This document shows, piece by piece, positions 35,986-48,064 of a stretch of 64,000 bases of DNA; positions within the stretch are counted from its first letter, which is position 1, and the number at the start of each line of letters is the position of its first letter. The notes beneath the pieces were generated by a model, which had not been told where the DNA came from, made no database searches, and saw only the letters and a program-made list of their open reading frames with translations. The translations under genes were made by a program, and so were the position numbers. Origin of the DNA: Octopus sinensis (lineage: Eukaryota); the NCBI RefSeq assembly GCF_006345805.1, contig NC_042999.1, positions 156,674,001-156,738,000 of the forward strand. Reading direction: 5' to 3'.

Positions 35986-38900
35986 CAGGGGTGGGGAAAC
36001 TTTTTAGTGCAGTGGGCAAAAATTTCCAAAGAAAAAGGTCCATGGGTAGATCGCAAGTTCTGGCTCTTATATCTGTGTAAATCTGGTAAAAATCTATGTA
36101 TAATTCAATATATGAGGGTAATTCCAAAAGTAAGGTCTCCAAAGCAATTGGGACGCAGGGAAACTGTACATGTAGGTATTGGCAACACTGTTGTGTTTGT
36201 TGTGCATGAGTCTGCCCCTGTGTGCACCTTGCTGCCTTGCTCAGTCTTGGCTCAGCAGTCATATCTGATGGAGCTCCCAATTGATGCTACTGCCAAGTGT
36301 GAAGGTCATGCAGTTATTTGGTGTTTGAACGCAAAAGGTATTAAACTGATTGAAATTCATTGCTAATTAGCAGAAGTGTATGACAAGTCATGCATGGGTG
36401 TCAAAAACGTCTGCAAGTGGTGTAGAAGCAGGTGACCATCAATTTCTGATGAGACCGTTGCAAAGGTTGAGTAAATCCTACATGAAAATCGGTGGATCAC
36501 TTTGGATGATCTCTGCATTTTGGTTCCTGAGGTTTCCCAAAGCACTTTTCATAGGGTTTTGAGTGAAAAGTTGTAATACCAGAAGGTGTGTGCAAGATGG
36601 GTCCCACGAATGCTCACAGAGGACCATAAACGATAATCCACCTTACAGTCCAGACTTGGCACCCAGTGACTACCACCTGTTCCCTAAACTGAAAGAACAT
36701 TTGGCTGGAACACACTTCAGCCATGACAAGGTGAAAGATGAGATTTAACACTTCCTCAATGACATGGTGGTGAGCTGGTATGACATGAGCATACAAAAAC
36801 TGCCCCAGCACCTACAGAAATACATCAACTGAAATGGCAATTATGTTAAAAAATAGATAAATGTTCAAACTTTAAAATGATGTAAACATCATTGACAATA
36901 AACGTTTCTGTGATTTCTAAATATTTTTGGAAACCTTACTTTTGGGATTACTCTCATACATTAATAAAAATAAGTTTAATGCATTAAATTAATGTGTAAC
37001 AGCTTCATTAACACCACCACTGAATTTAGAACGTTTATATTACTTATGTCTTCTATATTTTTTCAAAATGTACCTATCCTAATATTGGAGAAATCATAAC
37101 AATCAAGCACAGACCGAATTTAATTTTGAAAAATTACATTAATACCTAAATAATATTATATGTAAATGGCATATTTAGACAAATTTATCCTAATGATAAT
37201 TTTATCAAAGCTAATTAGCCTTAACTTTAAAACTTGGTTTTGTTTAGTGAGAAGGATTAAACTGCTTTTTTTTTTCTTTTTTTTTTTTTTAAGTTTAGGA
37301 ATATTACATGCTTTGAAGAAACTGCTATTCTTACTTTATTACCCAAGTTTTCATCAGTAGATCTGCATAATTCAATTTGGAAAAAAAACTACTCACATTG
37401 ATAAGTGGTTGAAAATTGAGATGGGAATTTCAAGACATTTTTATGTAAAGTAGGGAATTTCTCAGGATTGATGGACTTGTAAAAGTGCAATAAAGACAGA
37501 TTAATATATTTCAATTTTATTAAGTTATCTTACTACTAATCAATTAATTTTAATTGTAAGAAATCTGGAGCCTCCTAGGAACACATCAAAAGGTGTTTCA
37601 AAAACACGTAGTTTGATTTTATTTTGTATTTCTTCAAATCTACTTTCAGATTTCTTCATAAAATTTTCACACTCATCAGAATATTTCTTTGTTGATTTGG
37701 GATTTTGTTCACTCAGTTTCAGAAAATGTATGAATCACTTTCTTTTCAATTGTGTGACAAATAAATGAAGCATTGATTCAAAGCTTTTGATATGAGAAAG
37801 CAAACTGGTTATTAGCTGATTGGAACCTTGTAGTTTCAACTTCAAATTATTTAAATGACTAGTTATATCTACTAAAAATGCTAAATAACATCGAAGCTTT
37901 TTATTTTCCAGTTCCATAACAGAACTTGCTATAATAGCATTTGGGCCTTACTTAATCACTTAACTTCACAATGGAACAATAAAGCCCATTATTCGGCTTC
38001 AAGATATTTCAAAAATTCTTAAAATTTCCTATTATTCAACCCTTTGCTTTTTATCAAATTAATGGCTCTAGTTACAACTTTCATTACATTACCCGTCTCG
38101 AGAGATTTTACACAAACTTTCCATATGAATAAAGCAGTGACACAAAGTTTCCAGATCCAAAAGGTGCTTCTTAAATTCACTCATAATCAAATCTATGAAC
38201 CCTTTTTCATGACCTACAATAGATGGAGTGCCATCTGTAGCAAGACAACTCACTTTTTCATACGGTAAATCAAAATCTTTTAAGGCTGAATTGACCACTT
38301 GAAAAAATCTTCACCCCTAGTTGTTCTATGCATTGATTTCAAGGTGAGAAATTCTTCCCGAATATTGAATTTTGCAGTTACTCCATGTATAAATATTCTT
38401 TTCTACTCTAGGCACAAGGCCATCTGAGCAGTATTAGACAGCTCAGGTGTCTCATTAATAACTAATGAATACAACGCGATTTCTGCTGAATCAAATTTTA
38501 GAGAATTTTGAATGTCATCAGCAATATCTTCAGTACAATTAGAAAGAGTTCTTGACAAGAGTTCCAAACAAACTAAGATTTCCTGGGTATACATTCTTTC
38601 ACAAATTCCCCATTGCTATGTGGTTTGAGTTTTTACAGCATAACTAGTTCGAGTTACTGATTCAGTTTCAAGAATCAACCTTTTAAAAAAGCCTTGTTTT
38701 TTAGTCAGATTTTCTTTCAAGGAGGCTATTTTGTCTAAATGTTCAGATTCTTTCAAATTTTCAGAGGTCTTATGCTTACTCACAAAATGCCTCTCAATAT
38801 TATATTTTTTATGAATGGCTACTTGTTCATTGCAATTAAGACAAATGCACTTGTTATCTATTTCAATAAGAAAATAAAGATCAGCCAAGTTTTCATTAAA

Positions 38901-39591
38901 GTACATTCACCAGCGCTTTTTTTTTCAGGGATTTTTATAACTGTTTGCCATATTGTTAAGGGTACTGAAAAATTCATTTAACAAAGTTAACAAAGTTATA
39001 AACTGGTAAAATTTTTGTTATTACTGCTGCTTGGGAAAAGCAAAAGCCAACTGGCTCATAGTCGTAATGCATGTGTTCAGTGTTGTAAAAACTGTAAAAA
39101 ATAAAAATCTGCAAAAAGTCTAAATATTGTTTGGTTCTGCAAAGTTTAACTTGATTTTTCTCTCCGCTTGTCCATACAGATGTTGACAAGTGAGTGGGTA
39201 GGGAGGGGCGATAACTGATAAGCTGATGGTAGATGAAAGTAACTCCTGTTGACCTTCTTGACACTGACTGATAGCAAAAGAACGCGACCCTTCCTTTTGT
39301 AAAAAGTTATATAACACTGCTTTTTCAGAAAAACAGTTGGTAATATTTTTTTTATAATCCTGTTCATAAAGACACCAAATAAGTAGTTTCTGTTCCGATG
39401 AAGCTTTACCAATTTGCTTTTGATTTTTAATAGATTTCAAAATGTTTTTTGCTTATCGATTGACAGAAAGGGGGTGAGTGTCAATTTTGGAGATTTTTTT
39501 TTTTTTGTAAAAATTTACTTTCTTTTGTACATACGAGTATATCAGCCTGTGGGCGCAATTTTACCTGTGGGTGGGTGTTTCCCCACCCCTG
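35986..39591 (-). mobile_element. hAT (Buster/Charlie, SPIN-like) transposon with both ends and a decayed transposase
   Basis: Perfect 15-bp TIR CAGGGGTGGGGAAAC, perfect 8-bp TSD TTCTAGAG; fragments CICLNC..KKYNIERH, NTAQM, ATDGTPSIVG, HCFIH, LAFLVDIT. Confidence 0.95.
36113..36956 (+). mobile_element. Second mariner family, internally deleted, nested in the hAT
   Basis: TA flanks, 28-bp TIRs tgag(g/a)gtaat(t/c)ccaaaagtaaggt(c/t)tcc; KVCARWVPRML and SDYHLFPKLKEHLAG remnants. Confidence 0.92.
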
Positions 39592-39835
39592 TTCTAGAGT
39601 CATTATGCTTTAAAAATACTACTGAATGCCCATTATGTACTATCCAAAATACTCACGGGAAAGCCTTATACAGCCACAACATTTTGAGAGAAGAGTTTCT
39701 TGCAAAGTGGAAATTAATTCTTCTATTGAATATCCTAAGTCTGATTATTGAAGACTTAACATAACACATATCATGAAATCATACATAATGGTAAACATTA
39801 TTGGGAAAACCATCCATCTATTAATTGTATATTAC

Positions 39836-39972
39836 CTGGCTTTATCAAGGTCCATGTCTTTTAAAGCTGATCCCTTCAAATAATGTACTCTATGGCCCCA
39901 TTTAGGATCTTTCAGAACAACATTGATGTTTGTGTTAAGTTCTGTAGAAGCCATAAAGACTACATGGTAACA
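39836..39972 (-). CDS. slo2: KCNT/Slo2 exon, RCK1: CYHVVFMASTELNTNINVVLKDPKWGHRVHYLKGSALKDMDLDKA(R) (137 nt)
   Basis: ttacag| acceptor, AG|gtaat donor, phase 0-2; GSALKD motif. Confidence 0.95.
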
Positions 39973-40029
39973 CTGTAATAAAAAGAAAAATAATAGAAAT
40001 TTCATTTTTAAGGTCAAACTGAAGGTGTG

Positions 40030-40090
40030 ATCATCATCATCATCATCATGGTTTAACGTCCGTTTTCTGCGCTAGCACGGGTTGGACGGC
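40030..40090 (-). mobile_element. Very short RTE tail fragment
   Basis: (CAT)n ggtttaacgtccgttttctgcgctagcacgggttggacgg. Confidence 0.75.
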
Positions 40091-40235
40091 GTTGGGAGGT
40101 ATTTGTTGTTACTGTTTTCACAGCTTAAAATGTTATTTGATAATATTCATAAATTTTACTTAATAACTCCAGATTTTGTAATCAGTTGATCTGAGATCAG
40201 TAATAACTAATTACTCTTCACATAATTATCTTTAA

Positions 40236-40454
40236 CCCTTTAGTATTTAAACCGGCCATATCCGGCCAAAATATTTAATCTGTTTTATGTTCAAACTGAC
40301 CAGATCCAGGCTCTCACACCTACCCTACAATGTTATTCTACATTAAGTAATTACACCATCAAGATCTTGAAGATATGAGATAATGCATGATTAATTCAAA
40401 TCAATGGGAATCAATAAGCATTATGTTTGATAGAATAATTAGAACATTAAAGGG
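40236..40454. mobile_element. piggyBac-like MITE family 1
   Basis: TTAA-CCCTTTA...TAAAGGG-TTAA. Confidence 0.85.
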
Positions 40455-42060
40455 TTAATCCTGTTATCACCACTGGTTTATAGTTAGCTGCTAATGCATT
40501 TTGCATGATAAGCATCATCAACCAACCTTACAAATATTTGATAATTTACCTGTTAATAAATTTAGAACTTTAAATGATATTGCATATTCAGTCAATCCTC
40601 ACTTTATTGAGATAAACTTTGAATCGCACCCATAAAAAGAGAAAAACAAATTAGTTGCTCAATATAAATTTCCAAATATTTAATTTTTCTCACTATTATT
40701 GTATCTAAAAATGCTGAGATATTGAAGTTTCTTCATAAATTAATAGAGAACTTCTGATGTGTAGCATTTTCTAATTAGAGATATTAAAGAAATTATGCTG
40801 ATATTATTTGAAATTTTAGAACATATTTGAAACAACAGAAAATAATTACTTTATGCACAAAATATTTAAGTATTAAACTCAATAAACAGATAATATAGCA
40901 TATTGAAATAGATTTGACAAAACACAATACGTTCTCTTTCTGGTTCACTAGTTCAATTTCAAAATATTACCAAGTAATTTTACTTTTATACATGGTAAGA
41001 TTTAGAATTTAAAATTCTTTAGAACATGAAAGTATCAAATTACTTAATTACATACAGAAAATAACTAATAAAATACATTATGTTTAAAATTATATATTTA
41101 ATTGCTTAAATCATATTTAACAGTGATATTTATTCAACAATACTGAAGATATAACTCCAAATATCTAAATGTCATGTGACATACAATAAGATATTAGTTT
41201 CACACTAATTGCTGCTCTTCAGCTCCTTCCAAACTGAATGTAGCAAAGAAGTACTACAAGAAAGATTTAAAGAGTGATACTTGGTACTGTTTTAAGGAAA
41301 TTGATCATAATTAATACAATTAAATAGCAGACTATATACCTAAAAGGTATATGCAATTGAGGCAGTATTAAGTTACAATAGTCATCTAAGTATCATACTT
41401 AATGTATACACACTTAATATATAAGAGATAATATCTCTTATGGACTTGCTGTGTTAAAAACAATATCTTGAGGGAGATCAAAATTCCTTCCAATAGCAGC
41501 CAACAAGACCACCAGATACATTTCAGCTTTTTGGGGCCTTTTCAGTGGTACATACTCATAGCCAGCTACATGCTCAAACAAGAATTCATCACCTCTGACA
41601 CAAGGAAAAAAATGGACTAAAACAATCACTGATGTTGTGATAGTTGTCCAGCTGAATGAAAATTCAGTATAAATGATTGAAGCAAAATTAAATTAAAATA
41701 GCCATCTATGATACATACTTAATGTATAAACGTTGTCGATACGCTAATTACTGCAGTATTTGTTCTTAGATAATATCACTTATGGAACTGCATAAATCTC
41801 ATATGTATACATTCATACACAAAATCATAGATGTGTAACTACATAGATATAGTATATACATACAACATATATAAATATATCAACAGTGAGAATACAGGAA
41901 TCTTCATGGCACATCTTCATGGATGCTTGTGTGAGTGAGTGTACATGCACCATATAACCTACATGAGAATGTTTATACATCCATATCTGTTAACATTTAT
42001 ATCTAATATTTTTTCCGCTGGACTGTGTGTTTGCTTCTTTTATGTATCTGTCATTTTATT

Positions 42061-42112
42061 CCTTAGTCTGAACGTCTAGTTTCTGCTATTTCCATAGCCT
42101 TCATCAGTAAGG
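42061..42112 (-). ncRNA. Inverted sister hammerhead with mutated cleavage triplet (GAC)
   Basis: CCUUA-CUGAUGA-AGGCUAUGGAAAUAGCA-GAAAC-UAGACGUUCA-GAC-UAAGG. Confidence 0.6.
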
Positions 42113-42455
42113 ACTGCTCGTTTGGCAGATTCCAGGCCAATCCTCCTGTCAGCATATATGTATTTACTTTAAAAATTTATAAATGATTTAGCAGATCATT
42201 AATCTATATACAAAAAGTAATATAAGCAGCTATGTGCAACGTGATACCATAAAGGAAAAATATACTTGCCACTGAACATATAAGAAATAAGAGCTAAAAT
42301 GCTCTAATGATGTAGGAAAAACACATGAATGTATACATGTATGCTCACAATGACTGAACTTGCTCAAAACACGTTAGTAATCCACTAAATCATCCTTAAA
42401 TTTTTATGATAAATCCATATATGCTGACAGGATGATTGGCCCAGAATCTGCCAAA

Positions 42456-42508
42456 TCTTACTGATGAAGGCTATGAAAATAGTCTGAAACTGGACGTTCA
42501 GTCTAAGG
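42456..42508 (+). ncRNA. Minimal type I hammerhead ribozyme, core intact
   Basis: UCUUA-CUGAUGA-AGGCUAU-GAAA-AUAGUCU-GAAA-CUGGACGUUCAG-UC-UAAGG; GUC triplet at 42501-42503; palindromic stem III. Confidence 0.75.
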
Positions 42509-42706
42509 AATTCTTAAGTTGGTGTTTTGGGTGATTGCAGCCCCTATGAGCATGTATGTATACATCTATGTGTTTTTCCTACAGAATAAGAGCATTTCAG
42601 TTCTTATTTCTAGCGATGTAGGTGTCTTGAGATTCTTAATTGTGTTCATCGACAGTTATATTTTATATATATGTGTGTATGCATAGTTAAGTTTTATATC
42701 TGGTCA

Positions 42707-42770
42707 TAGAGTGACCAATGGTTTTGCATCCAGAAAGGGCTTAGCCCCATGGATGGCTCATCAGACTCTA
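42707..42770 (-). ncRNA. Minimal hammerhead of a second family with G12>A change
   Basis: UAGAGU-CUGAUGA-GCCAUCCA...UGGAUGC-AAAA-CCAUUGG-UC-ACUCUA; stems I-III pair, GAAA reads AAAA. Confidence 0.65.
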
Positions 42771-43185
42771 AAGCCAAAGACAAGTGTAACTCTTCACCTC
42801 TGAGAGGCAGGAATCCGTTAATGGTCATTTGACCAGTAAGTCGCCAAAGACTAAATACTCCAGGATCAGCAAGGACGGGTTATCTCCCTTAGACCAGTTC
42901 ATCTGGGCCAAAAGAGGGGGAACAGAGGAGTTTTCCTTTTGGCTGCTTTTAGATTTAAGGACTTCCAGGTCTAATCAGATAATGGGAATTCCCATGCTTG
43001 AAGCAGGCAGCATTAGAAATGAATGCAAGGGCTATAAATTTCCTGGTGAGTGTTCAGTGATCCAGGTTTCAAGGAGTCTTTCAGTATTCTTGCTCACTCA
43101 GCTATACAAAGCTTGCAGCATTTGCTCCTGTTAATGTAGGTTCCAAGCCGCTCTAAGATCCTCCACTTAATAAACAACAAGCTTC

Positions 43186-43330
43186 TTTTAGTTTCCTTCT
43201 ACCAAATCCACTTACAAAGCTTTGGTCAGCTCAGGGCTATAGTAGAAGACACTTATCCAAGGTGCCATGCAGTGGGACTGAACCCGGCACTATGTGGTTG
43301 CGAAGCAAGCTTCTTGCCACACAGCCATGG
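43186..43330 (-). mobile_element. 5' part of a SINE A relative
   Basis: ctaccaaatccacttacaaagctttggtc...cacagccatg. Confidence 0.75.
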
Positions 43331-43569
43331 ATCTTTTCAAAAATTATAATGTTTTGCTACTTCGGTATCGAATCTGGTCAAGCCCAAGGACTCTGTCGTG
43401 AACATAATTTATTGGTAAAACTTCATTTTTCTTGTTAGCTTGGCTAACCTGCTCTTTAATTTTATGCTTAACTTCTATAAATCATCTTCTGTCACCCTTT
43501 CCCTCTCCTTCTGCACCACTCATATCTTTATTGGTCTTATCATCAAAAGCAGCATAACAGCTGCTTTAA

Positions 43570-43789
43570 CCCTTTAGCATTCAAACCGGCCATATCTGGC
43601 CAAAATATTTAACCTGTTTTATATTGAAACTGACCAGATCTCGCCTCTCACCTCAGCCCTACCATGTCATTCTAAAACTAAAAAATCACATCACTGAAAT
43701 CTCTAAACTACAAGATAGTGCAGGATTAATTCAAACCATTTTAAATAAACAAACATCACATTTGACAGAATAATGCGAACACTAAAGGG
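43570..43789. mobile_element. piggyBac-like MITE family 1
   Basis: TTAA-CCCTTTAG...CTAAAGGG-TTAA. Confidence 0.85.
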
Positions 43790-44024
43790 TTAATCAAACG
43801 TATCAACAGCTAGCAATAAGCCTTTAAAAATTATCCAATACCTTCTACATATAGATTCCCTGCCTATAAAGGCATCTTTTAACAACAGTTGTCTTTTTAA
43901 TTAAAGGTTTTCTTTACTTATTAACAGAAGGAAATCAGACAAAATGGTCCATAAAAATATAGGTAGGTAGGTCACATAAATAATTTAAAGGAGTTTGAGA
44001 ATACAAACAAAATTACATAGTTAC

Positions 44025-44189
44025 CTGAAGATCAGGATGTGCAAAAAATTCATTTAAGAAATCCATGATAACATCTGGAAAAATTGCAGTGATAAAAACT
44101 ACAACATGTTTATGACGTTTAGCATTATCTTTACTGAATTCTTTCCCTTCCTTTTTCTTGTCAATAAAAGTTGATCCAATACTTTCCAG
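44025..44189 (-). CDS. slo2: KCNT/Slo2 exon, S6-RCK1 linker and RCK1 start: LESIGSTFIDKKKEGKEFSKDNAKRHKHVVVFITAIFPDVIMDFLNEFFAHPDLQ (165 nt)
   Basis: tatag| acceptor, CAG|gtaac donor, phase 0-0; KHVV and MDFLNEFxAHP motifs. Confidence 0.95.
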
Positions 44190-44511
44190 CTATATAACAG
44201 GAATAAAATGTTTAGTATAAGAAAAGTATACTACTATCAGCAATAGTATTAATAATGAAGTAGAATATAGAACACAAAATGGTATTAGCGGTTTCTTAAA
44301 ATGTATTTCTTAATAACCAAAAGCAAGGGCAATGCCTATAGCAATTCAAAGTCTGTTGAACTGATTAGAGGCAGTTAGATGAGTTTATTTTGCTTAATAT
44401 TTAATTTGAAGAGAACATCGACAGAGACCTAGGAAGAGATGTTATTTTAGAGAAAGAAATTAGTCAAAAAGGAAGGGGTTGAAGCAAATGAAACAAGTAT
44501 GTTTATTTAGA

Positions 44512-44911
44512 ACTAGCAGTATTGCCTGGCGTTGCTCGGGTTTGTAAGGGAAATAACTATATAAGCCTTTTTAGAGAGTTATAGCCAAAAAATAGCAAAA
44601 AAATGCATTAAAAATGGAAAAAAAATTATGGTAAATTTTTTTTTAAATCGTTGACTCATCGTAGACATTTTTAGAGAGTTACTTCCCTTATATAATAGCG
44701 AAAAAATGCATTAAAATGGAAAAAAATGATGGTAAATTTTTTTTTAAATCGTAGACTCATCGTAGACACGCGCTAATACCCAGAAGGGCTCAATATGAAT
44801 CACAACTATAAGATACCCGGTTTTGGTTAAACTGCACTGCAAAATGTGGGAGTAGTTAGGAATCTAAATCGTAGGAGACAAACACACAACCTCTCTTTTA
44901 TATATAAAGAT
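44512..44911 (+). mobile_element. Non-autonomous Helitron/Helentron-like (HINE/DINE-type) element with an internal ~100-bp tandem duplication
   Basis: actagcagtattgcctggcgttgctcggg start, ttttatatataaagat end; ttttagagagtta...tcatcgtagac twice. Confidence 0.65.
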
Positions 44912-44929
44912 TATATAATCAATAGACAC

Positions 44930-45960
44930 CCGGGTAGGAGCAGTAAGATAGACAGAGGGAACACATGACCTGGCAATGGGTAAGTAGTTGAGGAGTATCA
45001 GAAAATATTTGTCAAGTGGATAGTCTGTCTATGGATGCAATTGAAAATGTGCATATGTAAGAATCCAATGCCAGATGTCTGTGCAATACTTAGGGAAGGA
45101 GATTCTTGTAAATTATACAGAATAAGTAACTGTGGAAGTATTTTCTATCAGATGAAATAGTATTTTAACTTTTTGTAATGCCACCTTGGTTATGTTCATG
45201 TGTATTTGGAGATAGTAAGCCTAGCAATATGTGTCAATCATGAAGGGTCTTGCTGTGTGTTATGAGCAATGGCAATGCAATGTTTATGTCTTTGTTTGCT
45301 TTGTGATTTTTGCAGTCAGAAAGATGTTGATGGTATACATAATGCAGTGTAGGGAGATGTCATCTTTAACAAAGCGCATGTACTTATTAGAGTAGATGTT
45401 GTTGGAGGTGATGTAGATTATGTAGATTATGGATGTTTTGAAAAAAGAGTGTGATGAACAAAACTGAAACCTGAGACACAGGACTGATAGAGTATGGGTC
45501 AGAGAGAGTTCCATTAGCAAACAACACAATAGTGTGATCCAAAAAGAAGTCACCAATCCAAGAGAAGTGAGATAGAGGGAGCTATAGGGGTAGTCATTAT
45601 AGGAAGTTTATATGCCTGACATAACTAAAAGCTTCACTGATGGTGAGTACAGAAACAATGCTTTCAACAAATTTTTCTGGTGAGTAACATAGAGTAGGTC
45701 ACTTGTGGATCTGGCTTTACGAAAGCTGTATTGATGATCATTTAGGAAAGAAAGAGAATCAAGGGGTTGGCAAAGGTTACTGTTAAAGTTGTTAATATAG
45801 GATATAATATCAAGGCTGTCGTCTCATTGTAAACATTAAAATTAAATATATTACAGGAGGCTTTAATAATTTTGATGAGAGGTCATCTGCTACTTCTAAA
45901 AACTGGTGTTTCTCACTTCCTTGTATATGGTAGATACAAAAAATCAAACAATTTGACCAT
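44930..45960 (-). pseudogene. Highly decayed CR1/L2-like LINE RT fragment
   Basis: GFRKARSTSDLL...EAFSYV remnants near 45620-45730. Confidence 0.5.
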
Positions 45961-46124
45961 CTACTGCAAATGTGTACATTTTACATGCATATATGTACAT
46001 TATATGTACAGTATATAAGGTTGGGTTCTATGTGTACACCGTTGGTTGTAGTTTTGTTGGAATAGTTTAATCACCACAATTATTTGCTTCCAGAAATCAT
46101 TTTAAGTAAACTTGTAAAATTTAA

Positions 46125-46339
46125 CCCTTTCGTTACTGTATTTATTTTGAGATGCTCTGTGTTTCTTTCAATTACTTTAAATATAACAAAGAATTTAGTA
46201 AAATAACTTAGTTATAATTAAGCTAGTGTTAGGAACATAAATTGTAACTAAGGTTTGGTGGAAGGTTTTAATTCAAAACTTATGAAAACAAGACATTTGT
46301 GCTACAGAGCCAGTTTCAGCTGGGTTGGTAATGAAAGGG
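46125..46339. mobile_element. piggyBac-like MITE family 2
   Basis: TTAA-CCCTTTCGTTAC...GTAATGAAAGGG-TTAA; homologous to 61976-62180. Confidence 0.85.
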
Positions 46340-46564
46340 TTAAGATATTAAATTTATTTATCATAAGAACTAAAGTGAGGTAATGTGAAACAATATTTTT
46401 TAGTGGGGAGATGAATTTACTTGCATTTATACTGAATGAAAGTTTCCAAAAAATTGAAATCCAGTTCTTGTATATAATTGACTGCAAAACTGACCAATGA
46501 TAAAACAAACACCATTAAATTAAAAATCATAATTCTATGTATAGCTATATTTAATAAATAATAC

Positions 46565-46760
46565 CTGTCTTGGAATAAAGGCAAATGCAATGACAATCAT
46601 TGCCAGCATGAAAAGTTGTCCAAGCCAATAATCAGGAGAGAAATCTCCATAACCAACTGTAGTGAAGGTAACGATGACGAAATAGAAGGACTGGAATAAA
46701 TTCAGTTGTTGTTCAGACTCATATGTTGTTGCTCTCTGGATATGCTGTATACCACAGATA
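46565..46760 (-). CDS. slo2: KCNT/Slo2 exon, pore helix, selectivity filter and S6: ICGIQHIQRATTYESEQQLNLFQSFYFVIVTFTTVGYGDFSPDYWLGQLFMLAMIVIAFAFIPRQ (196 nt)
   Basis: TVGYGD K+ filter and CGIQH Slo2 motif; ttcag| acceptor, CAG|gtatt donor, phase 2-0. Confidence 0.97.
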
Positions 46761-47106
46761 CTGAATAAAAATGAAATATATAAAATCATATAAAGTGGTA
46801 AAATAAGAGTTTATATTTTCATTCCCTAATAAAAATGAATTACTTGTAAGTCACAGCTAGTCAACAGTCACAAACTTTATTGGAATAAAGTAACCTAGTT
46901 AGACAATACAAACTTAGTCACAGAGATGATTCAGAATGGAATGCAGAAATATGCTATAGGTCAGGGTCAGAATACAGAGGAAGCAGGTTATAGTCCCGGC
47001 CATACAAATATAAGTAAAAATGGATCTCAATTTAGCAATATTTCTTTTTTAAAATAATAAAAAGTGCTATGTTATGAACATCATCTAATGTTATTGTGAC
47101 TCTCTC

Positions 47107-47448
47107 TTTACTTGTTTCAGTCATTTGACTGCGGCCATGCTGGAGCACCGCCTTTAATCGAGCAACTCGACCCCGGGACTTATTCTTTTGAAAGCCCAGT
47201 ACTTATTCTATCGGCTTCTTTTGCCGAACCGCTAAGTAACGGGGACAGAAACACACCAGCATCGGTTGTCAAGCAATGCTAGAGGGACAAATACAGACAC
47301 ACAAACACACACACGCATATATATATACATATATACGACGGGCTTCTTTCAGTTTCCATCTACCAAATCCACTCACAAGGCTTTGGTCGGCCCAAGGCTA
47401 TAGTAGAAGACACTTGCCCAAGGTGCCACACAGTGGGACTGAACCCAA
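47107..47448 (-). mobile_element. SINE family A, head truncated
   Basis: Match from tail to cagtgggactgaaccc. Confidence 0.88.
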
Positions 47449-47593
47449 AACCATTAGCAACTGTGACATGGATGCATTTTAAATGTAACACAAATAGGTG
47501 TATTTGTAGAGAGTTTAAATGAAAATGCTAACACTTAGTTAATGCTAGCAGAAAGGTTAATATATAAAAAGCAAAAACCAAAATGTATATTAC

Positions 47594-47697
47594 GTTGTAA
47601 ATATCAAACAACAGAGGGAGCCAATTAACATGAAAAGTTGTTGACTGAGGCTTTCTGATATACTCTGAAAACGTTTCCCAGCAATATGAATATCATT
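47594..47697 (-). CDS. slo2: KCNT/Slo2 exon, S4-S5 linker and S5: NDIHIAGKRFQSISESLSQQLFMLIGSLCCLIFT(T) (104 nt)
   Basis: ttttttcag| acceptor, AC|gtaat donor, phase 0-2; joins the pore exon as ACT (Thr). Confidence 0.9.
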
Positions 47698-47902
47698 CTG
47701 AAAAAAGAAAATTACAAGGTGAATAAGTTGTTTTGCTTTAATGAAGAAAAAACACTGCCAAACACTAAAGTTTAATACAGAAGATAAAAAGAGCTAAAAT
47801 TTTTTTATATTTTATTTGTGAATCTGTATATAAATTAGGAGACCTCAGTGCAATAGAATAATACTATAGAAAAATCTCCACATTTTCAAAAATAAATTTC
47901 AT

Positions 47903-48020
47903 ACAGGTGTGATTGTGTGGTAAGATGTTTGCTTCCCAACCACATGGTTTTGGGTTCAATACCACTGCATGGCCCTTTGGGCTGACGAAAGCCTTATGAG
48001 TAGATTTGGAAGATGGAAAC
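47903..48020 (+). mobile_element. Diverged 5' part of SINE A followed by (GT)n
   Basis: gtgtggtaagatgtttgcttcccaaccacatgg...gatttggaagatggaaactg. Confidence 0.7.
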
Positions 48021-48031
48021 TGTGTGTGTGT

Positions 48032-48064
<33 letters not shown>

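Larger units (their letters stand above)
42050..43150. mobile_element. Penelope-like remnant cluster: inverted pseudo-LTR segments plus a GIY-YIG C-terminal fragment (minus, about 43010-43150)
   Basis: 42061-42160 inverted vs 42415-42510; 42275-42345 inverted vs 42548-42610; SKCCKLCIAE...LNTHQEIYSPCIH on minus. Confidence 0.75.

Noticed and set aside
41438-41629. 63-aa minus-strand ORF between two channel exons
   Set aside because: No Slo2 similarity; the nearby acceptor gives an immediate stop in the required phase and there is no donor
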